From assembly GCA_002633005.1 (NCBI GenBank), contig NMRA01000476.1:7340-71339 (forward strand): a stretch of 64,000 nucleotides of DNA, given 5' to 3'. The position numbers and the translations under genes were made by a program. The first letter of the stretch is position 1; the number at the start of each line of letters is the position of its first letter. Of this stretch, positions 11,701 to 23,759 are shown piece by piece. The notes beneath the pieces are model-generated. The model saw only the letters and a list, made by a program, of their open reading frames with translations. It was not told the DNA's origin and did no database searches. Origin of the DNA: Phoronis australis. Lineage: Eukaryota; Animalia; Phoronida.

Positions 11701-14700
11701 TGGCTGATTCACGATTTTGTTGGCAAATGGCTCAATTGACGTTTTGAAATGAAATCTTAATTCCGCAAGTATTCATTCAAGTTGGAAAGATTGAAAAACA
11801 TCTTCCTTAGATCTCGGTCTATGCGCAAACCATACAGTCAGTGATGTGACTCATGGTCTGGCCAGGATGAAGAGTCGTAATATGCCGAAAAGCTTCTGGT
11901 GTACATAACTTATGATGCGCAGCCGCCATAACACAATATGTGTTTAGCAGTAACAAACTGTGACAAAATGATTAATTAATGCTTGCTAAGTGCTAGTTGT
12001 CTGTGGTTTGACTGCTCTTAGAGTTTTGTTTTTTAACATGGTCTATAAACTGATTAGGTTTTTCCATCTGCTAATAGTTATCAACCATAGTTATTCATTT
12101 CCCAACTGTTTCTGTTATAAGGCTTTTGCACATGGTCTGTCTGTTTCGGATATCAAGAAGGGAATAGTTGTTTGTGTGTTAGTCTTTTAATAGACCATGT
12201 GTTTTTACAGCCTTTGTCTGTCTGTTACATGTGTTGGTGTGTTCAAGGTTGTGTCATTTTGCCCAACACTACAGTAAAATTCATTGAAAATTTAGAGACT
12301 CAAAATATTAGTTGCCTCCTTAAGAATTGGGGTGTGTGCATGGTAATTTAAAACTGTAAACTTGTGTTTGCCAAGAAAAAATATTTAAACCTGTTTCTAC
12401 TTATAACTTACTAAGAGCTTACTAATGAATGAACTAAATGTCTAAACCAAAACTGCTTGTGCAGGATTTGAGGAAAGAAAATGATGTCATGTTGGTTTAA
12501 GAAACATTTGAAGGTAATCCACCTTATTGGATCTCAGCTGAGCTGTGAACACTGGGAGGCCTCCTAGTGAGTGTTAGCAAAACATAAGTGGCACTGGCAG
12601 ATTTAATGAGATTGTGGCTTTAAAGGTCAAAGGTCACTGACATTTTGGAGCTGTTTTTGAATACAAAAAGTTTCTGTTTTGTAATTGATATCACCTAGTG
12701 AGGTACAGTAACTGTTCCAAAAGATTGTTTTATATCCAGTGCAGATGTCTTAAAATTATGTAATATGAACCTAGAAAAATGTCCTAATTTAGGTAAATTT
12801 GAAACATTGGATTCATGTGAAACCCCGGGTGCTAATCATACTACTACTTTACACACTTTTCTCACAAACTGTGTTAGGAATTGTTTTTACAATGCTACAC
12901 TTTGCATGAGAGGCTATAAAAAATGGACGGTCATGACTTTCATGAAAAAAACACAAGTTTCACGAAACGAAATGAAAATAATTCTTGTGAAAACGTTTTT
13001 AAGATTTCTTCTTGAGCATTTATACCAAATGATATTTGGTTATGTTATGGATATCACTTGTATCTAATCCACGATATGAAAATACTGTTTTGACTGTAAC
13101 TTGTCACCAATAGCAACAGGCAGAGTAATTGACACTTGTAAAATCTAGCTACATACATAAATTAATTCCAACAGAGTATATTAGGAGTGACATTTTTAGT
13201 GAAATCATGTGAGTAATAACTACACAAATGAACGTGACTACAGTACAACTCAAATGCCACTCTCCTGCCCCAGCTGGACTCCCTAGGGTTTGATCTTTTC
13301 TAAATTACTCTTTTGTTGATGTCCATTTCCTCAATCATAAAACTGTTCCTAGCAGTACAACAGACACCTGTTTTCACCAGTCTGGTCCATGTTAGGCATC
13401 AACATTGCTCTTGTTGAGTTTTATGTCTTGCATTTCCTGTTGTTAACAAGTAGTAATTGTCCCAACTTTTTTGGGTATCCTCGCCACATTGCATTGAAAT
13501 TGTGATTTCCTAGTTTAGTTCTAGTTTAGTTTTATGTAACAGATGAATATTTCACTCTGTCTGAATGAAATGATGAAGAGTTATTTTAAAAAATTGTTAG
13601 CAAAAGTTTATTTTACTGTTAATGAAGTTCATCGTGCATTGGGTACCAAAGTAAATGAAAGGCACTTGAGTTCTAATTATCGTCTCGTGAACAAAAATAT
13701 AAACATTCATTTTGCCACCTGTTTCTTAAAAATCCTTGTATTTTTCAAACCAGGTTATTAATGTTTTTTTACGTCGGGAACTGCTTTAATTCTAGTAGGA
13801 AGGGTACTCTGATTCTGCTGAAAACTTCCACAAATTTAAGATCAAAGTCTTAACGAACAGTTTGACTGAGTTTTTTTTTTCAAAAGTAACCACTTTCTTG
13901 TTCACTGGTGTGGAGCCTCAAAGTCTGGTATCCATTAAGTCAGGGCTGGATTGTAAGATAATCTGCATACCTACTAGTTTGCTGTAGTTTGCTATAGTTA
14001 GCTGAAATAAGCTCTAAAATAAGATGGAAGTTTAGGAATTGACAAAATATAAGGTTATCCAAGATAGATATAATTATGGAGTCTGTAAAACTCACAGCTT
14101 TGTCATCTTATTGGAGTTATGAAGCTGACCTGGATGTTAACAGCCCAGTCCATGGGACTTGCAAAATTGCAATGAAGTCCACATTTTTTTTGCTGTACAT
14201 TGTGCATTGTCTGGGAGATGTATATTCCTGCAGGAAATGGCCTGTTGTGATGATTGGGTTGTCGCCAGATTTGCATTGATCCATTCTCCATTTCATGACA
14301 TTAACAGCTTGTTTCTCATGGGACAAGTGAAGGCAAACCTTAAAGTGACTAATGATATTTTCTCCAAGGATATGATAACTTCTTATTTTCTGAGAATAAC
14401 TTCCATCAGTATGCACACCCTTTTCCTTCTCTACTCCTGAACTTCCTTATTAATACCCAACAAACAATGTGTGTCTGTGTGTGTTTTGCTGTCGATAAAC
14501 TCTTACGTTACTAGGCGGGAAACAAAAGTTTAGTCTGCTTTTGACTCAATGCATTTTATTTGAAATCTGACAAAAATATTTTCCATTGCAAAATGAATAT
14601 TTGTGCAAACAAATGAGCACACACGACAACGAAAAATGAAACCCTTTTATCGACCAACCTACCTATTCTGGAGAGGTGAGAGCACGGAGAGGAGAATGAA

Positions 14701-15326
14701 TATTATTTTAAAGATTGCCTTATCGTAGACGTTCTATATATTTTGATTTTTTTCTGACTGTTGCCATTGTAAAAAACGCAAATGAAAATTTCCAAGTAAA
14801 ATGCTTACAGTGCAGACTATAATTCATCAGAAATGTTTATCAATTTATGTTGCATTTTCTAAAAATATTTTGTTTTTAAAAGGACATTATCATTTTTACG
14901 TCTGAAAAATGCATTCTTGGTATTATTCTTGGATGTAATGTCACTTGACGTAAAATCTCTTTTATTCACTTGAAAAGCTATCATCAGAGTCCTGTGCTGT
15001 TTTAGTCACACTGCTCTGGATCACAATTTTGACTGAGCTTGGATGCTTGAAGTTTTTCATGCAACCTGTATGCCGAAGTCTATGGATTCTGTCAGCAGAA
15101 GTAGTGTTTCCATTGTTTTTCCTGATCAATTTGTTGTGTTGTTTTAGTTACTGTTGAAACCATGGAGACAGATGAAGAGGAAGAAGAGGTTGCCATGGTA
15201 ACCATCGGCTCGTTGAAGGTTCCCTACGATGAAGTGACTGACGAAATGGTGTCCAAGATGACGCCTGATGAGAAAGAGGCTTACATAAAACTGGGTCAAG
15301 AGATTTACGCTCATATGTATGAATAA
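5090..15326 (+). CDS. GTF2E1: General transcription factor IIE subunit 1 (TFIIE alpha), spliced CDS join(5090..5760,6390..6615,7383..7563,15148..15326), 1257 nt, ~418 aa
   Basis: N-terminal winged-helix ([22 protein letters not shown]...[25 protein letters not shown]), Zn ribbon CPSC-x-CMLC, LARFNEQIEP-like motif, PIWM-x-STV motif, LLVHEKK motif and acidic C-terminus ending [22 protein letters not shown]. All introns are GT-AG and phases 2, 0, 1 are consistent. Confidence 0.95.
6390..6615 (+). CDS. GTF2E1: GTF2E1 coding exon 2
   Basis: ttctag|A acceptor. Encodes [20 protein letters not shown]...[23 protein letters not shown]. Donor gtac at 6616. Confidence 0.9.
7383..7563 (+). CDS. GTF2E1: GTF2E1 coding exon 3
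   Basis: ttccag acceptor. Encodes PVDQPG...[12 protein letters not shown]...SSSSESDDE. Donor gtaatt at 7564 (phase 1). Confidence 0.9.
10299..10418 (+). repeat. Dispersed repeat fragment, partner at 39351-39463
   Basis: Shared gaacactg..accatcagcgactcaa.gaaaa...acacatt..tgt.acttgag. Confidence 0.6.
11310..11910. mobile_element. Old two-armed member of the 3017-3916 MITE family in the GTF2E1 intron
   Basis: Left arm ttatgcttcgcaccggctaaagtgtcagagtcatgttg. Right arm in reverse complement reads gtacaccagaagcttttcggcatatt...caaaatcgtgaa. Both resemble the young TIR. Boundaries approximate. Confidence 0.65.
15148..15326 (+). CDS. GTF2E1: GTF2E1 last coding exon (acidic C-terminal domain), missed by the ORF track
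   Basis: gttttag acceptor, phase 1 matches the previous exon. Encodes [59 protein letters not shown], stop TAA at 15324-15326. Confidence 0.93.
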
Positions 15327-15391
15327 GTTATACATGTGGATCTGTTTTGCTGTGTAGACCTGAATGCCGCAAGAAGCGAGGGTCTTACTGT

Positions 15392-16002
15392 GGAGCCAGT
15401 TTCATGAAAATGTCTCGAGCTTAAGTTAAACCATAGTTGGGCTAAAGTAAGACTAATTTGTCTCAGCACCATTTCATGAAATTTCTTAAGTTAGACCAAA
15501 ACTAAGACCAAAATTGGTCATTTCAGTCTAAGCCAAGACCGAAAGTTAGTATGCTGCGGAGCTGGCTTAAGATTGTATTTTCGTCTAAATGACCACACTT
15601 TATGACTGCCGTCACTGAAAAATCTGTTTAGGAACAAGTTTTGTTGGTATTTCTTACTGTTCTACAATTTGTTGGCCACAAGCAGTGTCAAATTGGAGGC
15701 CGTCTGCTTTTGATTTGAGAACCGGCAAAAAGCCATAAAGACAGTGCAGTGCGACTTACCTGCAAATGTGATGTTTTCCTGCCTCACCAGGGTTTTCTCA
15801 AGTAAACAAAGCCCCATTTAGAGTTTCAATACCACGATTATTCTTGAAGCTGGATTTCGCACTTCAGCTTGTTTAGTATTTTGACCAAAAGCCAACTTTT
15901 TATTCATGAAACTGTTTTCTGAATTATCCTCTTTGGTCTTAACTTAACCCAAATCTTGGTCTTAACTTGCTGGCTTGAGTCACTTTTCATAAAACAGGCA
16001 CC
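15392..16002. mobile_element. PIF/Harbinger-like MITE just downstream of the GTF2E1 stop codon
   Basis: Ends ggagccagtttcatgaaaa and ttttcataaaacaggcacc are imperfect inverted repeats, with inverted subterminal ttaagtta/taagacca motifs. Superfamily inferred from TIR style. Confidence 0.6.
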
Positions 16003-16112
16003 TGGTAGTGTTGCGATCATTGTCTTTTAAGACACTTTAAAAAGTGGAGCATGTGTGGAGGTGCTGCAGTGAGTGACAAGCTTTGCATCCTGTACAGTCA
16101 AGTTAAATGTTT

Positions 16113-16208
16113 CACACACAGACACACAGACACACACAGACACACACAGACACACACAGACACACACAGACACACACAGACACACACACACACACAGACA
16201 CACACACA
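16113..16208 (+). repeat. (CACACAGACA)n / CA microsatellite
   Basis: Read directly from the sequence. Confidence 0.97.
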
Positions 16209-16347
16209 TTTATTCACCAGAAATCCACCAATCTTGAACCAAATAGTGCAATGGATGAACAGCATAGTCGACGATCATCACTATATGTTGCCAACTAAAA
16301 CAAGGTAACAAACCTATCTTCTGCTGTTTTGTTGATTGATCTGTTTG

Positions 16348-16461
<114 letters not shown>

Positions 16462-19400
16462 TGCCACCACTGAGTGACAAAAGATGGAAAATCGTTACTT
16501 CAGGCTTCTTGGTGACTGAATGTATCAACTTAGGTAAAGACAACAATTTCCCACAGTCTATACCACGTTCCTTCTATCGATAAAAATGTCAATAGTAGAC
16601 AGTAAATTACCCGTTATTTAAGATGGAGATGAAGGGAACTGAAACTGCCTTACTAAGGATTTTGGGGTCTAGTCAGTGAGGGATCTCATTGTGTATAAGT
16701 TGAATGTTTGAGAGACACAATTGTGCTGCTGCTACTCAGGACTGAGAGTGAAGGGTTGGTTTGTCACTTTATGATATGGGATGGTGAATCACAGATTATT
16801 TTGAATAGACACTTGGGACCTTGAACTGCATTACAAGGGAAGTGGTTAGTGGGTCTTCTCGGAAGTTAGAAGGAACCCTTGTGATGCACTTGTTCCCGGG
16901 AATTCTGCAAAAATCAGGATATACCAGGAAACAATGGGCACAACTCCAATTTTATTATAACTGTATTCAATAAAGCCTATTAGTATCTCTGTAAGAATAA
17001 CACATTCTGCTAGTACTCAGTGCCAGTAAACCTGTTTTCTGAGTGCTCATATCAAAACAGACGCATGGTAAAAATAAGTTTGTCTACATGCAAAAATGCC
17101 CTCCAACCCATTCAGTGTCTGTTTTTTGACTAACTTTGGAAATCAGTTGGTGAGGAAGGAAACCAAAAACCCACTTTAGAGAACCCAGTGCTGTAATCAA
17201 GGTTTCGAATACCAGTAATTTTTGTCAAAAATGCCAAGGGACGAAAAAACACTTGTGACATGATCAGTGTCGTGAGGTGTGGTGAACAGTGATACAAGGT
17301 TGCCTTTTGTTTAAGGTTCTTCTTCAGGTGGGTGGTTTATGCTCCTTGTTTCTGGGGGGGGGGGTGTATAAAAGACTTTCTAATGACCATTATTCTCTTA
17401 CTGGACTTTTGTCCTTTGGTTACTGTTGTGTCAAAATAAGCATCCATTTTTAACCGGTTGGGTACCTACAGTTAACTCTGCTTTGGAGCTCTCATTCACT
17501 GTTGTTATGGTAAAATCTCCAATTTAGAAGGGGTGAAATTTCTTTTTCTCCCTTTTTCATAAATCATACTGTACCAAACTAATGCTTTGTTATATTCAAG
17601 TTCTGTATCACTGCTTCCAACTCACAGTATGTTGAGAAATGGTGGGCCTCGACAATGATGTCAAAATCCTTTAAAAAATGTAAAAAGTGCAATTTTGGCA
17701 ATTAGTTTTGTCTGAAATTGGTGAGATTTTGCTGTAGTCTACTGAGGAATCTGGCTGTAATGTTATGAAGATGCTCAAAATAATCAACATTCGCGGTGTA
17801 GTTCAATTAATATTTTCATAGATCTTATCCTTTATATGTCAGTACTTCTCAATTGTCTTAAATGTGTGCAAGTCATTTCATCCCCCATTTACTGGGTATT
17901 GCCATCCAATGCACACATCTTCGTTTTATTCTCCAATCAAAATATTCATGGTGCAGAGCTTTACCAAATAGTGTTTTAACAATAAAAAGATGACTACATT
18001 TCTTGAAAGATGGAGTGCTGTTTAGTTAATGCACTGTATTGCATTGTCTCAGGACACCAGTTTCACACAATGAGGAGTGAATGTTACAGAAGTCATAAAA
18101 ATCTAGCTCAGAAATAAGGCAAGTTAACTTCTTATTTTCTGTAATTGTGCTGATGGCTAATAAACTACTTCATTCTTATTTTACTGTACCTTAAGGTTGT
18201 CAATTATAGACTCTCCCTGTAGTGGGAAGGATAACTTAACATTAGGAACATAAGTTAAAGTAACATAACATTCATCCTGTTGCGACTGTGGGCAAATGAA
18301 TCTGAAACACATAACTACTGATCTGTAAAAGGTCCAATCCGTGAGCTTCCCCCATTGTTGATATTGAACACTACTCAATAAGGCCACTTCATCCTGACCA
18401 AACTTTACCTTTTTTTCTCTAACTTTGTATTGTTTTATGGATGGGTGATGTACCAGATCTTGCAATCCTGAAAGTTAACCATGAGTTTGATGTACTGTTG
18501 CAAGTTGTTTCAGTATTATTTTTTAGTGTGTTGCTACTTCTGTATTGATGTTTATGTTTGTTTCTTAAAGCGGCAATAAATCCGAATTCCAACAAAAAAA
18601 CTTAATTTTGGTTTAAATCATTTACCATGTAAATTTGGTCTGTTAAGTTAAAACTTGTTCCTTGCTTATAAGGGAAGTGAGTTTTGTTTTTTCAAAGAAT
18701 TGAAAAATCGTTATTGTTCGAGACCCATGACTCCAGTGACATGTCAACTTGTACAGCCTGGTCTCAAGCAATAATGAACTGCCCTTCCTTCCAGGGTCAG
18801 AAATCTGATCTGGTTTGACTAAGGAACAGTTTGAGATCAGTTTAATGAAGCTAAGTGGCCTACAAAATATCTTTTAAACAATTCCTGATGAAAGTACCAT
18901 CTCGCAATGTCTAGTACAGAGTAATCCACTTTCCCCTGGGAGGAAATTTCTAGAAAAAATCACAAAATTCATGATTTTTGAAATACGCGAAGGAAAAACT
19001 ATGGTTACCACAAAGTTTCTAATCTCCCTCCCACTTATGATAAATGCGCGCATGCACCCACAGCCAGTTTCTTGAAATCGCTTGAGGTCAAAGGTCAGAT
19101 TTTCCATATGAGGGAAATGTGCTATGTCTTTTGCCATACCAAATAAGGAGACGTGCTTTGCCTTGTGGGAGAGAAATCCACGAAGTGGCGAGGAGTTGAT
19201 AGATCGTTTTTTTTTTGAAATTTAAAACTAAAAGAAAATGGTTTGATATGAACAGAAATTAAAAAATCTTAATGAACAAACCCTAAAAATGCCTCGTGAG
19301 CAGGTAGAATTCTGTTTCAGTCGCAGGAAACCACTTTCAATAACGCAATTTAGTCTGTTGATCGGGTTTCGGGCCTCTTTAAAAGTTGTTTATTTCGTGA

Positions 19401-20285
19401 CGGAAGGCGGGTTTAATCGTTAACCGTCTGACCTGAATCTCTGAAGCTGAAAGCTCTTCGCTGGTAGTTCTCATGCTTCTTTCCTTCTCAAGATGCGTTT
19501 ACCTGTCACAGGTGTTCTTTTTGGTCTCGTGACACCCGTGGCTATCTCAGCGCATTATCATTTCAAATAAAGGCACCTTCACTTGAACATAAAGAATGTT
19601 ACCATTATTACTTTAATTCCTAAATAGAAAGGCCTGATATGAAACTCAATTACAAACAGTAGTCGATTCAGGTGCAATTATCGGCCCAGCGTCATTGGCT
19701 GCAAATGCCATGAATCCTAGCGGGACATTTGTTGAACGGGTGTAATTTTCGGCAGAGAAAAGGCAAATTGAGGCAATTTCCAATCATCAAACGAAGCTGA
19801 CTAAGAGCACCGAGTATTTTCTTTGTATTGGATTTCATTTTATCAACTGGCAAGCTAATGTGCTTTTGTAGACATAGTGCTTGAAAATGGGGTAAAAATT
19901 CTTCAATTTGTGATGCGTTTTGTCGAAAAAGGAAAATTATTCTGTTGACAGAATGCTGTGCACAATCATGGACAAGATCGGTTGGTACACAGCAGCCTCT
20001 ACTGAATGACGTTTGAAAGTACAAGGTTTTCGAAACGAAATACAAAGACATTTTGAATGTTAAAAAATGAAAATATTTGAAATGCAAATTTAGTATTTAC
20101 TTTAGCTCTCAGTTGAAGAGTTTTATTAAGGTATCATTTGCGTCAACTACTTTTACATCGACTTTGGTAAAAGTACTCACTCAGCCTTTCATTTCTCTAT
20201 CTAGTTTCGATTTACCCTAGAGTTAGAAAACTTTCCGAACAACTCAGCTTTGTTTACACATCAGGCCATGATTAGGCCATATTGT

Positions 20286-20579
20286 CAGTGGCGGAATTAG
20301 GGGGNNNNNNNNNNNNNNNNNNNNNNNNNNNNNNNNNNNNNNNNNNNNNNNNNNNNNNNNNNNNNNNATCCAGGGGGGCTCGGGGGGTGAATAAACAATG
20401 CATAGGCTCTGAACAAACCCCGTTTACTTTTTTTTCAGTCAAACTCTCCGCAGACCCAAAAATTCGAGACCCCTGCATCCCTACAGTTTAGGCTGAGCGC
20501 GCGCGTCTGCCGAAATTTTGGTTATTCCGTTATTCCTGTGTCCTGGCCCCCCTAACTCAAAATCCTGGATACGCCCCTG
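20286..20579. mobile_element. hAT-like MITE (CAGTGGCGGA...GGATACGCCCCTG) containing an assembly gap
   Basis: Inverted CAG(G/T)GGCG ends with G-run and C-run subtermini. No clean TSD. Confidence 0.55.
20305..20367. other. Assembly gap (63 N)
   Basis: Run of n, flanked by G-runs. Confidence 0.99.
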
Positions 20580-23324
20580 ATTGCATATCTGGTTCTTGCC
20601 TGTGGAGGCTTGGTTATTGATGCGGAATTTTTCCGAGGTTCACATTTTGAAGATAAAAAAGACCTGATATCAACTAAAGTGTGGGTATTTATTTGCCATC
20701 CAAACCGGATTGAATCTAGCGGTGTGCTGGTGTCGACCGGGAGGGGTGACGCTGTTTTTTTTTTCAGATAGTGGTTATAACCTATTTTTATTCAGTTCAA
20801 GCTATTGAGGAAGCGACTGTGGAGAACGTGAAGTCACTTAGCCTAAAAGGTTCCTTAGATGCGTGTGTGCGGCTTTTGACAAAGAAGGTAGGATACCTTT
20901 GCTGAAAGTGGTATGGGCGGGCGCTATGTGAGTCACATGTTTCAGTGCAGGTCGGGGCACAGATAAGAACAAAACAAATGTTTTTTGTCTTAGGTAATAC
21001 ATCGACAATCACTATTTTTCGAATTCCCTCTTCACGGTTGAGTGAAAATCGGCTCACGCCAATCTATATTCTTCAATGATCTTGGATTAATCGCACAAGC
21101 CTTGGCAAATCCAGACTTCATGAAAAGTACATATATGTACAATAACAAGTACATTCTACCTCTCAGACGCCTTGTATACCACTAACTGCCATTTTAAAAA
21201 CTACTGTTGGTAACTCGTTTCAACTAGGGGTGGGACGATGCACGTTTTTCAAAATTCGATTCGACTCTTTTTCAAGACGAATTCTATTATTTTCGATTTG
21301 AGTCTTGTTTGTCAAATTTTTTTTTTCTCAAATATAATTAGTAGCCAACTTACCACTCGTAACACTTTCAACTACAGAATTGTGATGAAATATGATATGA
21401 AAGATCCTGAGCTGCTCATTTGTTCCATTTTCGCACTGATATTACTCAAAAGACAGGAATGCAGTGTGTCTAAACTTTGTGATGCACTTAACGGCAAAAA
21501 TTGGAACTAAGAATCGAATCAAATTTGATCGATATCAAAATCGGTTACTCCCGCATCGCGATTCGACCTCCGTTTAATCTCCGCACCCGTAGTTTTAACC
21601 TTCTGTGTTTAAACAGTATTTTATCATTCATAACTGTGAAGACTTGAATTAATGGCCTTCCCAACTTAATGTGTACGAAGTAATTATGTTCCGTGCGATT
21701 TCCTTTTCGTCTCTTGCATACCCGCACTTAACGATGCTGTTTGATTGGTGGTAATTGGTCGTACAGCAAAAAAAGAGAAATATTTATTCCAGACCAGGTT
21801 ACTGCGTGCACATTGACGTTGAAACTCAGGCATTTTTCTTCATTGGTCGCGAACAATACCATCATTAACCTTGAGTACCTCTTTACCAAACAAGGTCTCG
21901 TGTGCTGTAACTTCTCGTCCCCTCCAAGTGGTCTTGTCCTGTCCGCTTCTGTTGTTACACGCTGCAGAAAACCACCCCCACAACGAAAGCTGTTGCGCGA
22001 CGGCAAGAAATATCAATTGAGTCTCACGACTTGACGACTCCAGATTGTCTTCTGGCTGAAAGATATCAATGGTTTCCCTCAGCAGCGGCTAGGATTTAAG
22101 ATAATTGGATAATCCCTTCAAGAGCGTGAGAGCCACCAGGTATCGACGACTGTCAGTGTACCTAAGCCCCATATTTGTTTTGTGGGCTTGCGTCTTGTGT
22201 TATGACATATGTCATTTAACCCCAGGGTTACCCTCAGTTACCTGCTGTGCCAGATGGCGACAAAGTACAAATGAGGGAACACTATCCACAATATATTCTC
22301 AGACACACCTACATTCATTGCCTGCACCATTCGATGAGTGTGGATTTCCATCCACGGGTTGAAATTGCATCGTTCACATTTAAGTTGGAGCTTAAACATA
22401 CCATGGCGAGACTATTATGCAGTTGGTGTGAGCCTCTATAACGGGAAAGAACGAGCTGGAATGACAATTTGGAAGCTAGGCCAATGACAGGCCCACATTC
22501 GCCATGATAAGTGTTTCAGGAACGCCATCATCGTTTCAAAGGTCCGCCATAGGTGGCGCATTAATTCATTTCCAATCAAAGTGCTTTATTACCAGTTTCA
22601 GGTGAGATCACCGTGACAGAAAGCGATGCTTGCCATCAAGGTGTACAGATATCTTTTGGTGAATTACCGAATGCACCAAATACTGGATACTGGTTTATCC
22701 GAAAACTTGCATTTAGAAAACAAAATAGTCTTTTGTTGATAACAAAATATTAATTTTGAATGCAGGCGCGGGGAATATACAAATACTTTGAAAACGCCAG
22801 CAGCCTCTCAAAACTCATTCAAAATAGACAGAAAATCGCTTGGTGTGTAGGCAAGTATTATGAAGCCTAAATTTGTGCTCTCATGCTATGATGGTTTTCC
22901 AGCAGGCACTTTGTCAGAATTGAACAAAGGGCCGAGCATCAAATAAAATAACTGCGGATTTTGCATCTCAAGGCTCTCATTAAAGATATTCAATTAAAAG
23001 CAATTTAGGAATGATGGTTTTGCTTTGCTGAGGTTGGTTCAATTGGTACAACTTTGTCGCATTATAACTCGGTGCAATCTGCCTATTTATTTACATGTTA
23101 TCATAACAAACGGCAATTCGCCAGAGTTGATCGACACGCGAGGAAATCCCAGCTCAAGCTCAACAGTGATTGGAAGGTTTTCTTCATGACGTCACCAGCT
23201 GCTTGAAGTTGAGTACTCAGTAGTTTTCTTGACAGCGAGTCTGGTGGTCGTGCAAATGAGTTGTGGTTGCGATGAAGTTGTGGAGTTATAATACAGCGAT
23301 TTAAAAACAGTGTTACTGACGAAA

Positions 23325-23759
23325 ATGGATTCCAACATGGTTGAGGAGTGGCTTCGGTCACTTGATTTAGTGCAATATACTGAAGCATTTCTGGACAACG
23401 GCTACGACGATTTGGAAATTTGCAAACAAATTGGACAGCCAGATTTAGACGCTATTGGAGTTAAGATTAGTATACATAGACACGAAATTCTCAAAGCTGT
23501 CGCCAACTTACGGGATCAAGGTGCAACAGCAGTATATTTTACGTTGGAAGAGTTCCAAAATGGGGACGATTCGGGATTCCAGGAGAACAGCTCGTGCGAC
23601 GCGCACGCGCCATCTCCCGCCAGGCTGTCCGGCTGTTTTGACACGTACGGTTCAGGGAAAAATTTAGTGAAGTTTCCTAAACTCCAGTTGAATTTGATGA
23701 TCCAGAATAGACTCTTAGAAGAGGATATAAACTTGACGGATTATCCTTACTGCACTCCG
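23325..23759 (+). CDS. SAMD5: Exon 1: SAMD5-like N-terminal SAM domain + first half of duplicated module
   Basis: MDSNMVEEWLRSLDLVQYTEAFLDNGYDDLEICKQIGQPDLDAIGV...VYFTLE...LVKFPKLQLNLMIQNRLLEEDINLTDYPY closely matches recalled SAMD5. Start context aaaATGG. Donor gtaagt at 23760 (phase 0). Confidence 0.92.

Noticed and set aside
21225-21560. Complete hAT MITE starting TAGGGGTGGGACGAT
   Set aside because: One plausible end and ttcgattcg/gaatcgaatc subterminal motifs are visible, but I found no matching opposite TIR or TSD.
19692-22441. Intergenic ORFs (19692..20087, 20797..21057, 21728..22034, 22105..22441) as a gene or transposase
   Set aside because: No recognisable motifs (no DDE, RT or THAP signature) and no consistent exon chain.
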